Assembly (NCBI GenBank): GCA_965368975.1
Contig: CBDUPA010000005.1
Span: 64,001-128,000, forward strand
From: an uncultured bacterium
Lineage (GTDB): Bacteria > Acidobacteriota > Thermoanaerobaculia > Multivoradales > JAHZIX01
Reading direction: 5' to 3'
DNA: 64,000 nt
The stretch's first letter is position 1. The number at the start of each line of letters is the position of its first letter. The notes under the pieces are model-generated. The model saw nothing but the letters and a program-made list of their open reading frames with translations, was not told the origin of the DNA and made no database searches. Below are positions 19,927 through 29,710 of this stretch, piece by piece. The position numbers and the translations under genes are program-made.

Positions 19927-20036
19927 CTCGGCGATTGTATCCGGAATCTTTTACTCCTGTCCCGCGGTAGTAGAGGGCAGGTACGGAGTATAGGTACGAT
20001 GTCGAAGTGCGCGAACCGGAGGAGGAACGGAGACTG

Positions 20037-21965
20037 ATGCAGATTCGATGCGATCGGACGCTCTCGGGAATTGTCAGGTCATTTTGGACACAGGTCTGGA
20101 CGCTGGCTCTGGTCTTGGTTGGGACGGCGGCGGTTCCCGCCCTGGGAAGTGCACTTCCATCCGAGGCAAGCCTGCCTTCCGAAGACGTGGTTTGGTGGCG
20201 CCTGGACACGCACAATTTCACGCTCTTCAGCTCCGCTGACCTGGCGGTCGCGGAGTCCGTTATCCTGGATCTCGAACGCCTGCGGGCGGTGCTGGCACGG
20301 CTGGGTGGCGAGAATTTGGAGCTGAACTCGCCGGTGCCGACCTACCTCTTTCTCTTCGCCGACGGAGAGAGTTTCGGGCCCTATACGCGTTGGAGGAGCA
20401 CGCAGCCTCAGAAAGCAGTCGCCGGCTTCTTCCTGCCCGGTCCGATCGCCAACTATGTCGCCATGCGCGGCGATCTCGGGGCCGAGCGCGCGTCCGAGGT
20501 GGTGTACCACGAGTACTTGCACTACTTGCTGGAGAGCAACTTTGCGGATGTACCTCTGTGGTTCAACGAGGGCTTGGCCGAGTTCTACAGCACCTTCCGT
20601 GTCACCCGCCGACACGTGGTGCTCGGCATGCCGATCCTTGATCATCTACGACGCTTGGAGAAACGGGGCTTGATGCCGCTGGACTTGCTCTTCGCCATCG
20701 ACAGCGACTCTGAGGTCTACCGGCAGCACAGCCTTCGTCGCGACACCTTCTATGCCCAGAGCTGGGCACTGGTGCATCACTTGCTGAACGACGAGCAGCG
20801 CCGGCCGCAGATTATGCAGTACTTGCAATTCCTGGCTGCCGACGTGCCGCTGCGAGATGCTTTCGATCAGGCATTCGGCGGTGACAGCTTCGCCACGTTG
20901 CGCGGCGAGGTGCAAATGGCGCTGGACAACCATCGCTTCCAAGCTACTTCCGTACCGCTGGTCGAGATCGGCCTGCTGGAGCCACCGGAGCTTCTGCGCC
21001 GGGAGCGCATGTCCCGTGCCGAAGTCCTCGTGCGGTTGGGTGACCTGCTGATCCAGCTGCGAGGTGTCGAGGCTCACGAGCCGCGCGAGTTCTTTAGTGC
21101 TGCTCTCGATCTCGACCCCGAGCACGGCCTCGCCTGGTTCGGTTTGGCCCAACTCAAGGAACGGGCGCTGAGCTGGGACGAAGCCGAGGTCCTGTACCGG
21201 CAGGCGGTGGAGCTGACACCGAATGATTTCCGGCCGTACTTCTTGCTCGCCAACAATCTGTTGCGTCCTTACAGCGGGCTGCGCATCTCCATGGGCGATG
21301 TGCAGGCAGAGGACCAGGCGCGTCTGCGCGAGGCGCGCATTTTGTACCGTCAAGCGCTGGAACTCAATCCGCGCTTCGGTGAAGCCTGGGGTGGTCTCGG
21401 GGCCAGCTGGCTGCTGGAAGAGCGACCTTCCCAGGAAGCCCTGGGGGCTCTCGATACGGCGCGCCGGTTACTGCCCGGCCGCAGCGATGTCACCTTCAAT
21501 CTGGCGGTGCTGCAGGCGCGCCTCGGTCGGCTCGACGTGGCTCGTACGCTGATCGAGCGTGAGTTGGAGCGTCCCGATGTCGATCCCAACCTGGCTCGTG
21601 GCGCACGCGAGGCCGTGCTGTGGGCCGAGGTTCGTCAGGCCGAGCGCTTGCTGACGGCGGGCCAGGTCGAGAAAGCCTTGGCTCTGCTCGAAGATGTCAC
21701 CAGCCGCGCCGAAGACCCGCAGCTGCAAGCACAGCTACGAGAGCATCTGGAGGCGGTTCGCTCGGCTGAGCACAACCCACTGCGGGCCGAGTATGAGCAA
21801 GCTGTCAGCACCATCGAACGCGGGCAGTACGAGCAAGCCGAGGAGCAGCTGGTGGCCATGCTCGAGAAATTGGGGCCGGAGCCCGCCGGCGAGCGCGAAC
21901 GTTCCTTGCGTCGTTGGGCCGAGACGCAGTTGGAAGCGGTGCGCTGGCTACGTGCTCGGCAGTGA
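20037..21965 (+). CDS. Secreted gluzincin-like (DUF1570/peptidase MA-like) domain plus TPR protein
   Basis: Signal-like N-terminus; YHEYLH...WFNEGLAE, FYAQSWALVH; TPR-like C-terminal half; GGAGGAGG RBS. Confidence 0.78.
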   Translation: MQIRCDRTLSGIVRSFWTQVWTLALVLVGTAAVPALGSALPSEASLPSEDVVWWRLDTHNFTLFSSADLAVAESVILDLERLRAVLARLGGENLELNSPVPTYLFLFADGESFGPYTRWRSTQPQKAVAGFFLPGPIANYVAMRGDLGAERASEVVYHEYLHYLLESNFADVPLWFNEGLAEFYSTFRVTRRHVVLGMPILDHLRRLEKRGLMPLDLLFAIDSDSEVYRQHSLRRDTFYAQSWALVHHLLNDEQRRPQIMQYLQFLAADVPLRDAFDQAFGGDSFATLRGEVQMALDNHRFQATSVPLVEIGLLEPPELLRRERMSRAEVLVRLGDLLIQLRGVEAHEPREFFSAALDLDPEHGLAWFGLAQLKERALSWDEAEVLYRQAVELTPNDFRPYFLLANNLLRPYSGLRISMGDVQAEDQARLREARILYRQALELNPRFGEAWGGLGASWLLEERPSQEALGALDTARRLLPGRSDVTFNLAVLQARLGRLDVARTLIERELERPDVDPNLARGAREAVLWAEVRQAERLLTAGQVEKALALLEDVTSRAEDPQLQAQLREHLEAVRSAEHNPLRAEYEQAVSTIERGQYEQAEEQLVAMLEKLGPEPAGERERSLRRWAETQLEAVRWLRARQ

Positions 21966-22033
21966 CTTCAGAGTGATTCTCAGAGTTTCTAGTCTCTGAG
22001 TGATGCCTCGGAGGTTTCGGAGTCAGCGTCGAA

Positions 22034-23245
22034 TCAAGTCGAGACGAGTTGGGCGATGCTCTTGCCGACCCGCGGTGCGGCTTGCCAGGAACCAAAGATG
22101 AAGCGTTGCGCCGGGCCGAAGGCCCCCTCGGAGATGCCACCGGCCATGTAGAGGCCGGGCACCACGGTCTGGAAGGCTCCGTCCAGGGCCGGTGGCTGGT
22201 CGGGGTCACCGAGGGCGTCACGCAGGCGGTCCGAGAGGAACGGGATGCCGCGGACGGTACAGCGGTAGCCCGTCGCCGCGATCACACGGTCAAAGGGGCG
22301 CTCGTCGCCGGTCTCGGCCGAGGCTGCGGTGCAGATGATGCCACCTTCGACCGCCGTGAGCCCCAGTTCGGCCGCGTCGCCGTAAATCTTCCTCACGGCA
22401 CCATCTTGGAACACTGGCCTCAGGTCTGGCGTCACCGTGGTACGGAAGCACGTACGGCCGAGCCATACGCGCAGGGGCTGTGGCAGCCGGTAGTAGGCGG
22501 CGGAGCCGCGCAGTACCAGGCGGAAGAGCGGCCGTGGTAGCCGCAGTGGCTCGCCGAAGAATGACGGCGCCTCGCGCATCGCCCAGGTGACCTCGTTGCC
22601 GTGACGTCGCAGGCAGGCGACGGTCTCCGCGGCGCTCTGGCCGCTGCCGATCACCAGCAGTCTCTCGCCTTGCAGCGGCTGAATACGGTCGGTTTGCCAG
22701 CTGTGCAGCACGCGCTCGGTCGGCAGTGCCGCCAGCGGTGGTGGAAAGTGCTGGTGCGGTCCCATTCCGGTGGCGACAACCACCGCTCTGGCCGTCACCT
22801 CCTGGCCGTCGTCGAAGCGAGCACGGAAGCTGGGATGGTGGGCTTGCTGCAGCGCTCCGTCCTCCAGCAAGCGAGGCTCATCAGCGAAGTCCAGATGCTC
22901 GACCTGGGCTGGTTCGACCTCGAACGGCAGCTGGTCGGACACCCAGTGCAAGTAGTCGCGGAAGATCGCCACCGGCACCTGACCATCGACCATCGGTGTC
23001 CTGCCATTCGATGGTGCCTTGCCGTTCAGCTGCGTCTTGAAGTGGCGGAAAGCGTAGCGGCCGTCGCGCGAGTAGATCTCCGAGGCGTTCTGGTCCGAGC
23101 GCAGCTTGATCGAGTCCAGCGTGTGCTGCAGCCACAGGGCGAAAGGTTCGCCACAGATCCGGAAGCCGAGGCCGCGGTGGTGCAGTTCTTGAGCGATGCC
23201 GGTGCCATACGGCCCGGCGCCGATAATCAGAGCTTGGTTGTCCAT
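22034..23245 (-). CDS. FAD/NAD(P)H-dependent oxidoreductase (flavoprotein monooxygenase-like)
   Basis: IIGAGPYG, VATG, VIGSGQSAAE, AATGY, VPGLY motifs. Confidence 0.83.
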   Translation of the reverse strand: MDNQALIIGAGPYGTGIAQELHHRGLGFRICGEPFALWLQHTLDSIKLRSDQNASEIYSRDGRYAFRHFKTQLNGKAPSNGRTPMVDGQVPVAIFRDYLHWVSDQLPFEVEPAQVEHLDFADEPRLLEDGALQQAHHPSFRARFDDGQEVTARAVVVATGMGPHQHFPPPLAALPTERVLHSWQTDRIQPLQGERLLVIGSGQSAAETVACLRRHGNEVTWAMREAPSFFGEPLRLPRPLFRLVLRGSAAYYRLPQPLRVWLGRTCFRTTVTPDLRPVFQDGAVRKIYGDAAELGLTAVEGGIICTAASAETGDERPFDRVIAATGYRCTVRGIPFLSDRLRDALGDPDQPPALDGAFQTVVPGLYMAGGISEGAFGPAQRFIFGSWQAAPRVGKSIAQLVST

Positions 23246-23253
23246 CGAGTGTC

Positions 23254-24081
23254 TTAGCGGTCTTGGGCTTCGCCGGTCATCGTCGGTGCGCGTACCGGCG
23301 CTACCTTGCGGCGTTCGAGGCCGTCCTCGGTCTTGGTGATCACGACGAGGTCTTGCAAGAACTCGCCGCCGCCGATCGGGATCACCATCTTACCGCCATC
23401 TTTGAGTTGGTCGAGTAGCGGTTGCGGAATAAAGGGGGGAGCGGCAGTGAGGATGATGGCGTCGAAGGGCGCTTGCGCCGGCCAGCCGTTGTAACCGTCG
23501 CCGATACGCACGTCGATGTTCGTAAAGCCCATGGTTGCCAGCCGTCGCCGGGCCAGGCGGCCGAGCACTTCGCTGATCTCGACCGTACACACCTGACGCG
23601 CCACGCGCGCCAGGACTGCAGTGTGGTAGCCCGAGCCAGTACCGATCTCCAGCACCTTCTCGTCACCGCTCAATTCGAGCAACTCGGTCATGCGCGCCAC
23701 CATGTAGGGCGGGTAGATGCTGGGCCCCTCGTGGCCCGCTCCGGTCAGTGGGATCGGCTCGTCCTCGTAGGCGCGGGCGCGCAGCCGGTCGGGGACGAAG
23801 AGGTGTCGCGGCACGTTCTCCATGGCTTCGAGCACGGACTCCTGCGAGATGCCGCGCGGGATGATCTGTTCCTGCACCATCATCTGCCGCAGGTCGCGCT
23901 GTGAGGGGTCGTCACCGAGAGTTCCGGGAGCCGCGGTCTGAGCCGCCGCGGGTTGCACAGTGGGTATTGCGAGCAGGCCGCAAACGAGCAGGCTGCAGAC
24001 AAGCCGGCCGGAGGAGAGGCAGCTCATCCACCGGGGTGCTGCGAGGCGTCCGGCGCCCACGGCCGGCTGGCGAGGACTCAC
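23254..24081 (-). CDS. pcm: Protein-L-isoaspartate O-methyltransferase with N-terminal signal-like extension
   Basis: VPRHLFVP, VLEIGTGSGYHTA, GDGYNGWP..APFDAII, QLKDGG. Confidence 0.9.
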   Translation of the reverse strand: MSPRQPAVGAGRLAAPRWMSCLSSGRLVCSLLVCGLLAIPTVQPAAAQTAAPGTLGDDPSQRDLRQMMVQEQIIPRGISQESVLEAMENVPRHLFVPDRLRARAYEDEPIPLTGAGHEGPSIYPPYMVARMTELLELSGDEKVLEIGTGSGYHTAVLARVARQVCTVEISEVLGRLARRRLATMGFTNIDVRIGDGYNGWPAQAPFDAIILTAAPPFIPQPLLDQLKDGGKMVIPIGGGEFLQDLVVITKTEDGLERRKVAPVRAPTMTGEAQDR

Positions 24082-24944
24082 GGGGTTTCTTCCTCTCGGA
24101 CCTTGCCCGTCATGGGCACGAAGCGCACCGGACTGACGGTGCGTCGGCGGTAGCCGTCCTCCGTCTTGGTCAGCACGATCAGATCTTGCATGAAGTCACC
24201 CAGGGGGAGCACCAGTCGACCGCCCACGACCAACTGGTCGAGCAGCGGTTCCGGGATGCGTGGGGGTGCGGCGGTGAGCAAGATGGCGTCGAAGGGGGCG
24301 TGCTCGGGCCAGCCATCGTAGCCATCGCCAATGCGCGTGTGCACGTTGTCGTACCCCAGGCTTCGTAAGACCGTCGCCGCCCGCTGGCCTAGTGGTCCCA
24401 CGATCTCGATGGTGTAGACATCTTTGACCAGCTCAGCGAGGATTGCCGCTTGGTAGCCAGAGCCGGTGCCGATCTCGAGCACTTTGAAGTCGGGTTCCAG
24501 GGTCAGCAACTCGGTCATGGTAGCGACCACCAGCGGCTGCGAGATGGTCTGGTCCCAGCCGATCGGTAACGGGTAGTCCTCGTAGGCTTCGTCTCGCTGA
24601 TCCTCTGGCACGAACTCGTGTCGCGGCACGGTCTCCATGGCCCGCAGTACGCCGGGGTCCGTGATGCCACGGGCGCGGATCTGGTCGCTCACCATGCGCT
24701 GGCGAGCGAGGAGCGGGTCGGCGGGGGTATTGCTGTTCATGGTGAGCGGGGCGCTGGATGCACGTCGCTGCGGAGCCGCTATGAGCACCGTGGCCATCAG
24801 CAGTCCGGCGACCGCGAAGGCACTGCTGAGCAAGACCAGAGAAGTCCGAGCGCGGTCGCGGCGACGAAGCGGCCGTCCAGCCAGGCTGCGAGCCCTGCGC
24901 CGAGCGGTGCTTCGAGCGGTGCCATGACCGGCGGGACAGGTCAT
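24078..24944 (-). CDS. pcm: Protein-L-isoaspartate O-methyltransferase with N-terminal signal-like extension (start uncertain)
   Basis: VPRHEFVP, QTISQP, VLEIGTGSGYQAA, APFDAIL, VRFVPM. Confidence 0.92.
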   Translation of the reverse strand: MTCPAGHGTARSTARRRARSLAGRPLRRRDRARTSLVLLSSAFAVAGLLMATVLIAAPQRRASSAPLTMNSNTPADPLLARQRMVSDQIRARGITDPGVLRAMETVPRHEFVPEDQRDEAYEDYPLPIGWDQTISQPLVVATMTELLTLEPDFKVLEIGTGSGYQAAILAELVKDVYTIEIVGPLGQRAATVLRSLGYDNVHTRIGDGYDGWPEHAPFDAILLTAAPPRIPEPLLDQLVVGGRLVLPLGDFMQDLIVLTKTEDGYRRRTVSPVRFVPMTGKVREEETP

Positions 24945-26701
24945 GGGGAGGGGGTTTCCACGTCGCGCTGGAACACGATCTCTCCATCGACCAGGGTCAG
25001 GTCGACCTGTACCGAGGGGATCTCGCGAGCGTCTACGGTCATGATATCGCGCTCGAAGACCACGATGTCAGCCCGCTTGCCTGGGGCCAGGGAGCCGACC
25101 TCGCCGTCCAGGAACAGCGAGTACGCGGCGTCGAGCGTGAAGCCTCGCAGGGCTTCTTCCCGGCTCAGGCGCTCGTCCGGTAGCCAGCCACCTTCGGGTG
25201 CGCCGTTCGTATCCTGACGGGTCACGGCGGCATACAGGCCGAGACGCGGATCCGGATACTCGACCGGGAAGTCGCTGCCCAGCGCCAGGCGGCCGCCGGC
25301 GTCGAGTACCTTGCGCCAGGCGTAGGCACCCTCCAGTCGACGGTGCCCGACACGGTCGCCGGCCCACGGCATGTCCGAGGTGGCGTGGGTGGGCTGCATC
25401 GAAGCGATGATGCCGAGGCGAGCGAGGCGGGCGAGGTCGGAGGTGCGGGCGATCTGGACGTGCTCGATGCGGAAGCGCACTTCGGGCCGTGGCCGACCGT
25501 CGAAGGCGGCCTCGAGCGCGTCGAGCACCATCAAGTTGCCGCGGTCGCCGATCGCGTGGATGCCGACCTGGAAGCCTCGATCCAGGGCTTTGCGAGCCAC
25601 GTCGAGAACGTGGTCGCCACGGGTGGTCAGTAGGCCCAGGTTGCCGGCGTCGTCGCTGTAGGGCTCGACCAGCGCCGCGCCGCGGCTACCCAGAGCGCCG
25701 TCTCCGTAGAGCTTGATGCCGCGCACCTGCAGGCGTGCCTGGGGATCGAGCATCGGGCCGCGCTGGAACCAGGTGTCGAGCAGCTCGGCGTCGTCCGTCA
25801 GGAAGAGGGCGGCGCGCAGGGGCAATTCGTCGGCCTGGCGTAGCGTGTGGTAGGCCTCCAGGGTCGCGCCGCCGACACCCATGTCGGTGACCGTCGTCAG
25901 GCCGAGTCGCAGACAGGTCTGTGCCGCCAGCGTCAGCCTCCGTGTGCGATCCTCAAGGCTCGGCGCAGGTACGCGAGCGCCGACGACGTCCATGGCGTTG
26001 TCGATCAGGACGCCGGTCAGGGCTCCGTCGTCGTCACGCAGAAAGCGTCCGCCGGAAGGGTCTTTGAGAACCTCGGCGGAGTCCCCGGTGGGAAGGCCCA
26101 GCGCCACGAGTGCCGCTTGGTTGAGCAGCGCGGCGTGGCCGTCGACGCGCGTGGCCCACACAGGGTGTTCGGGCAGTGCCTCGGACAGGGACCGGTGGTG
26201 CGGAAAGTCCTTCTCCAGCCATCGGTTCTGATCCCAGCCGCGTCCCCGCACCCAGCTACCGACGGGCAGCGACTCGGCGGCCGCGCGCAGGCGCGCGATC
26301 ACCTCGTTGTAGCTTGCAGCTCCGGTCAAATCGACCTGCTCGAGCGCCGTGCCGAGATTCTCCAGGTGACTGTGTGCATCAATCAGGCCGGGGATGACGG
26401 TGCGTCCCTGCAACTCGACGATCCGCGTTTCGGCACCACGGAACCGGTTGGCCTGTGCGTCCGGGCCAACGAAGAGGATGCGTCCTCCCTGGATGACGAG
26501 GCTGCCTTCGATCCGTCCTGGCGGCTGGACAGGGTAGATCACGCCGCCGCGTAGGATGAGGTCGGCGGACGGTGGTGTGCTGGCGGTGGGGCTGGTAGCT
26601 CCACTCGTCGCCTGGGGCAACGTCAACAAGGCGAACGTCAAGGCAGCGGGGATCATTCTCATCGTCATCCTCATGGAGTTCGTAGTGAAACGAGACTCCA
26701 T
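24941..26701 (-). CDS. Amidohydrolase 3 family (YtcJ-like), probably exported; start uncertain
   Basis: PGLIDAHSH, DGALGSRGA, HAIGDRG, RIEHVQ, GSDFPVE, GKRAD motifs; signal-like segment. Confidence 0.9.
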   Translation of the reverse strand: MESRFTTNSMRMTMRMIPAALTFALLTLPQATSGATSPTASTPPSADLILRGGVIYPVQPPGRIEGSLVIQGGRILFVGPDAQANRFRGAETRIVELQGRTVIPGLIDAHSHLENLGTALEQVDLTGAASYNEVIARLRAAAESLPVGSWVRGRGWDQNRWLEKDFPHHRSLSEALPEHPVWATRVDGHAALLNQAALVALGLPTGDSAEVLKDPSGGRFLRDDDGALTGVLIDNAMDVVGARVPAPSLEDRTRRLTLAAQTCLRLGLTTVTDMGVGGATLEAYHTLRQADELPLRAALFLTDDAELLDTWFQRGPMLDPQARLQVRGIKLYGDGALGSRGAALVEPYSDDAGNLGLLTTRGDHVLDVARKALDRGFQVGIHAIGDRGNLMVLDALEAAFDGRPRPEVRFRIEHVQIARTSDLARLARLGIIASMQPTHATSDMPWAGDRVGHRRLEGAYAWRKVLDAGGRLALGSDFPVEYPDPRLGLYAAVTRQDTNGAPEGGWLPDERLSREEALRGFTLDAAYSLFLDGEVGSLAPGKRADIVVFERDIMTVDAREIPSVQVDLTLVDGEIVFQRDVETPSP

Positions 26702-26757
26702 TCTCTGTTCTCGTACTGCAAAGAACAAGCCAGTGACCTGTAGTATTCTCCCAGTCC

Positions 26758-28134
26758 ATGAGTCCTCCGGATCCAGCCGTCTCTCCGTTTCCCAACCCTC
26801 AGCAAGTGCGTGACTTGTTGCGCCAGGTTTTGGAGACATCGCCCGCGGACTTCACGGAATTGGCCTGGCTCGGACGCACAAGCTGGCGCGCCACGACCAG
26901 TGCGAAGGTCGAGGCGATCGAAGACCCTCGGCAGGTTGTGCTGCTGCGGGTGGTCGAACGAGGGCGGGTTGGCCTGCAGCGACTTGGCGGCGTCGACATC
27001 GCGGACTTGCGAATGGCGGTGCGCCAAGCGCTGGCGCACGCACGGGCAGAACCGGTGACGTCGCCACACTTGCCGAAGACCAGCGATGCCGAGCGGGCAG
27101 CGCAGGCCCTGGGTACCGACGAACTCTATGATCACGGCTTGGCCGAGTTGGTGCCGGCCGGTGTGCCGGGGTTGCTGGCGTCGTACCTACGCCGACGACA
27201 GGCGGCGGCGCTGGACTGGACGCACGGCAGCCTGGTGGTGGTCAACAGCGGTGGTCTGGAGCGCCGCGTCGATGCCACCTGCGCGACCTTGCGCGTGGTT
27301 TGCGGCCGCGGGCCGCATGCCGGCTTGGCGGCGGCCTCGGGACGGACGCTTGACGACTTGGACCCGGCATCGGTGGTCGAGCGGGCGCAAGAGAGAGAGG
27401 CGGAAGGAACCGTCGAGCAACCCGTGCCGCCGACGGCGCCCCTCGTGCTGGCACCCGAGGTCGTGACGGTCTTGCTGTCGCAACTCAATCACTGTGCGCT
27501 CACCGCCAGTAGCTTCCTCGAGGGCAGCTCGCCGCTGGTGAACAAGCTGGGAGAAGCCTGTTTCGATTCTTCGCTTCATCTGTGGGACGACGGCATGGAC
27601 CAGGACGGTTTGCCGTTCCCGTGCGATCTGCGAGGGCATGGCAAGCGGCCGCTGGAGATCGTGGTCGATGGCGTCCTGCGGACACCGGCCGTCAATGACG
27701 TGCTTGCCGCGAGGCTCGGCGACAAGGCCGGCACGTCGAGCGAGGTGACGTGGGCTACGACACCGCACGCGGTGGACGGTGACGAAGCCCGCTTTTGCCA
27801 TCTGTTTCTGGGCGGCGGTGAGCGGCTCGAAGACGAGTTGGTGCAAGACCTCGAAGACGGCTACTACATCAGCTCGCTGTCGCGCGTCGAGTTTTTCCCT
27901 CACGAGAGCCGGTTGCCGTTCCGCGTCCGTCTGTGTGGCGTACGTCACATCCGCGACGGTCACTTCGCCGAGGCGTTGCCTGAGCTGGTGTGGGAAGACG
28001 ACTTACTGCGCGTGCTGCAGAAAGTCGAAGCCGTCGCGCGCGAGCCCGTCAGTCTGGCCTGGGGTGATGGCTTCCTTGGCGGCGTGACCGCGCCGGCACT
28101 GGTGGTGGTGGCGCAGGGACTGCGCGCAAGCTAG
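26758..28134 (+). CDS. TldE/PmbA-family protein
   Basis: VVVNSGG, LVLAPE, LHLWDDG, PCDLRG..RPLEIVVDGVL, VTAPALVV motifs; no HExxGH. Confidence 0.78.
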   Translation: MSPPDPAVSPFPNPQQVRDLLRQVLETSPADFTELAWLGRTSWRATTSAKVEAIEDPRQVVLLRVVERGRVGLQRLGGVDIADLRMAVRQALAHARAEPVTSPHLPKTSDAERAAQALGTDELYDHGLAELVPAGVPGLLASYLRRRQAAALDWTHGSLVVVNSGGLERRVDATCATLRVVCGRGPHAGLAAASGRTLDDLDPASVVERAQEREAEGTVEQPVPPTAPLVLAPEVVTVLLSQLNHCALTASSFLEGSSPLVNKLGEACFDSSLHLWDDGMDQDGLPFPCDLRGHGKRPLEIVVDGVLRTPAVNDVLAARLGDKAGTSSEVTWATTPHAVDGDEARFCHLFLGGGERLEDELVQDLEDGYYISSLSRVEFFPHESRLPFRVRLCGVRHIRDGHFAEALPELVWEDDLLRVLQKVEAVAREPVSLAWGDGFLGGVTAPALVVVAQGLRAS

Positions 28135-28196
28135 TACCGTCGCAGGGCCACTCTGTGGCCAAGACAGGCGCAGGCGAATACCAGCGCAAGGCGACT

Positions 28197-28547
28197 TCAG
28201 TCGCCCATTGCCTCCACGGCCTGCGCTTCATCCGGATAGATGTCGGCGTACTGAGCCAGGCCCATGATGTGGAAGGTCTTCTCGATCGTCGGGGTGAGGC
28301 AGCAGAAAGCCAGGCGGCCGCCGATCTCGATCATCTTCTCGATGATCTCGATCAAGATGGAGATGCCGATCGAGTTGACGATCTTCGTCCCGGACAGGTT
28401 GAGCAGCAGCAACTTGTGCCCCTGCTCGATCAACTCATAGGCGATGCGGGCGATCTCTTCGCCCCCCTGGTTGTTGATGTAGCCTTCCGTGTAGATGATC
28501 GCCAAGGGGTCTCTACGATCGACAGACAATTTCAGGCTTTCGGTCAT
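28197..28547 (-). CDS. STAS anti-sigma factor antagonist (RsbV-like)
   Basis: LLLNLSGTKIVNSIGISILI, TFHIMGL. Confidence 0.88.
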   Translation of the reverse strand: MTESLKLSVDRRDPLAIIYTEGYINNQGGEEIARIAYELIEQGHKLLLLNLSGTKIVNSIGISILIEIIEKMIEIGGRLAFCCLTPTIEKTFHIMGLAQYADIYPDEAQAVEAMGD

Positions 28548-28668
28548 GACGGTGTTCCTGTTTCAGCCTGTTTCTGTTCTAGCCTGGTTCCCGGATCTGC
28601 GATGCTGCTGTGTGTCCGCCCCGGTCGCCGTGGAAGCTCTCGAGGGCGCGGTGGCAGGTGGGAGCATA

Positions 28669-29103
28669 TCAACGCAGCTTGCACATGACGACCTTGGTTC
28701 CGCTCGAGCTGGAATCGATGGAGACTTCGTCCATCAGGCCGCGGATAATGGTCAGGCCCCAACCGCGCTTGCGGCTGGACTTGATCTTCTGCTCCATGTT
28801 GGGCGTTTCGAGTTCTTGAGGCGAGAAGCCGACGCCGGAATCCTGCACCGTGATGCAAAGTTTCTCCGGGTCCTGCTGGCCGAGGATCGCGACGCGCAGG
28901 TGCACTTCGCGGTCTGAGGCGTTGCTGTGCTCGAAGGCGTTGATACACGCCTCCACGACAGCCATCCGGACCTCGTCGATCTTGTCCGGACTCATCCGCA
29001 TCTCCTCGGCAAGGGTCGTGGCCGTCTTGCAGGCCTCGATCTCCATGTCGGGAAGCATCGGTAGCCTCAGGGTCACCTCCCTGATTGTGGCATCTCCCGC
29101 CAT
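28669..29103 (-). CDS. Anti-sigma factor Ser kinase (RsbW-like)
   Basis: EACINAFEH, VQDSGVGF, RGWGLTIIRGLMDEV. Confidence 0.9.
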   Translation of the reverse strand: MAGDATIREVTLRLPMLPDMEIEACKTATTLAEEMRMSPDKIDEVRMAVVEACINAFEHSNASDREVHLRVAILGQQDPEKLCITVQDSGVGFSPQELETPNMEQKIKSSRKRGWGLTIIRGLMDEVSIDSSSSGTKVVMCKLR

Positions 29104-29159
29104 AGCCGTTGACCCCTCAGGCTGGTTCTTCTTGGCATGGACAGACCCAGTACAGGCTG

Positions 29160-29315
29160 TCAGAAAGTGAGGTACAGCTGCAGGAAGAAGACCGCGATGG
29201 GGTGAACGAGATCATGGGCGAGAAGCCAAGCGAAGGTCGCCAATACTCCCACGGAGAGGACTGCTTCGGATGAGATGACAGGTACTGCGACGAGCTTACG
29301 GACTGAGTCTAGCAT
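29160..29315 (-). CDS. Small hydrophobic protein, 51 aa (MLDSVRKLVAVPVISSEAVLSVGVLATFAWLLAHDLVHPIAVFFLQLYLTF)
   Basis: AAGGAGGT RBS before ATG 29315; co-oriented upstream of rsbW/rsbV-like pair. Confidence 0.6.
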   Translation of the reverse strand: MLDSVRKLVAVPVISSEAVLSVGVLATFAWLLAHDLVHPIAVFFLQLYLTF

Positions 29316-29710
29316 AGCGACCTCCTTGATGCCCTCCTCTATCGCAAAGGTGCTGCCAAGTCTGATTCGATGCGCTGGCACAGGCGGAAGTCGTTTGTTC
29401 TTAGATATTTGATGGAAGTCAGCGGTGGTAATGGCAGTCATGGGGACCGGGGCATTATGTCGCGCTTCGTGAGGTGGTAGCCATCTGTACACCAGATTTC
29501 CATAGTTCCCCGGGGTGCGACCTTTGCCAGTGGGGCGAAATGTCGCGTGCGGGGCATTGTGGCGCGGGCGCTGTCCCGAGTTCTGGACGCCTGCTGTCCC
29601 CGGTTCTGGACGCTTTGACTGTTCCTGTGTCCCTTGTGGTCGCAGTGCCGCGCTAAGAAGCGCTGGGATAGACTGCCTGTCATGGACCACCAGCGAGGAA
29701 CTCACCACCC

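Noticed and set aside
21962-22030. Short CAGAGT repeats and CTCAGAG/CTCTGAG inverted repeat
   Set aside because: Too short and irregular; at most a weak hairpin between convergent genes.
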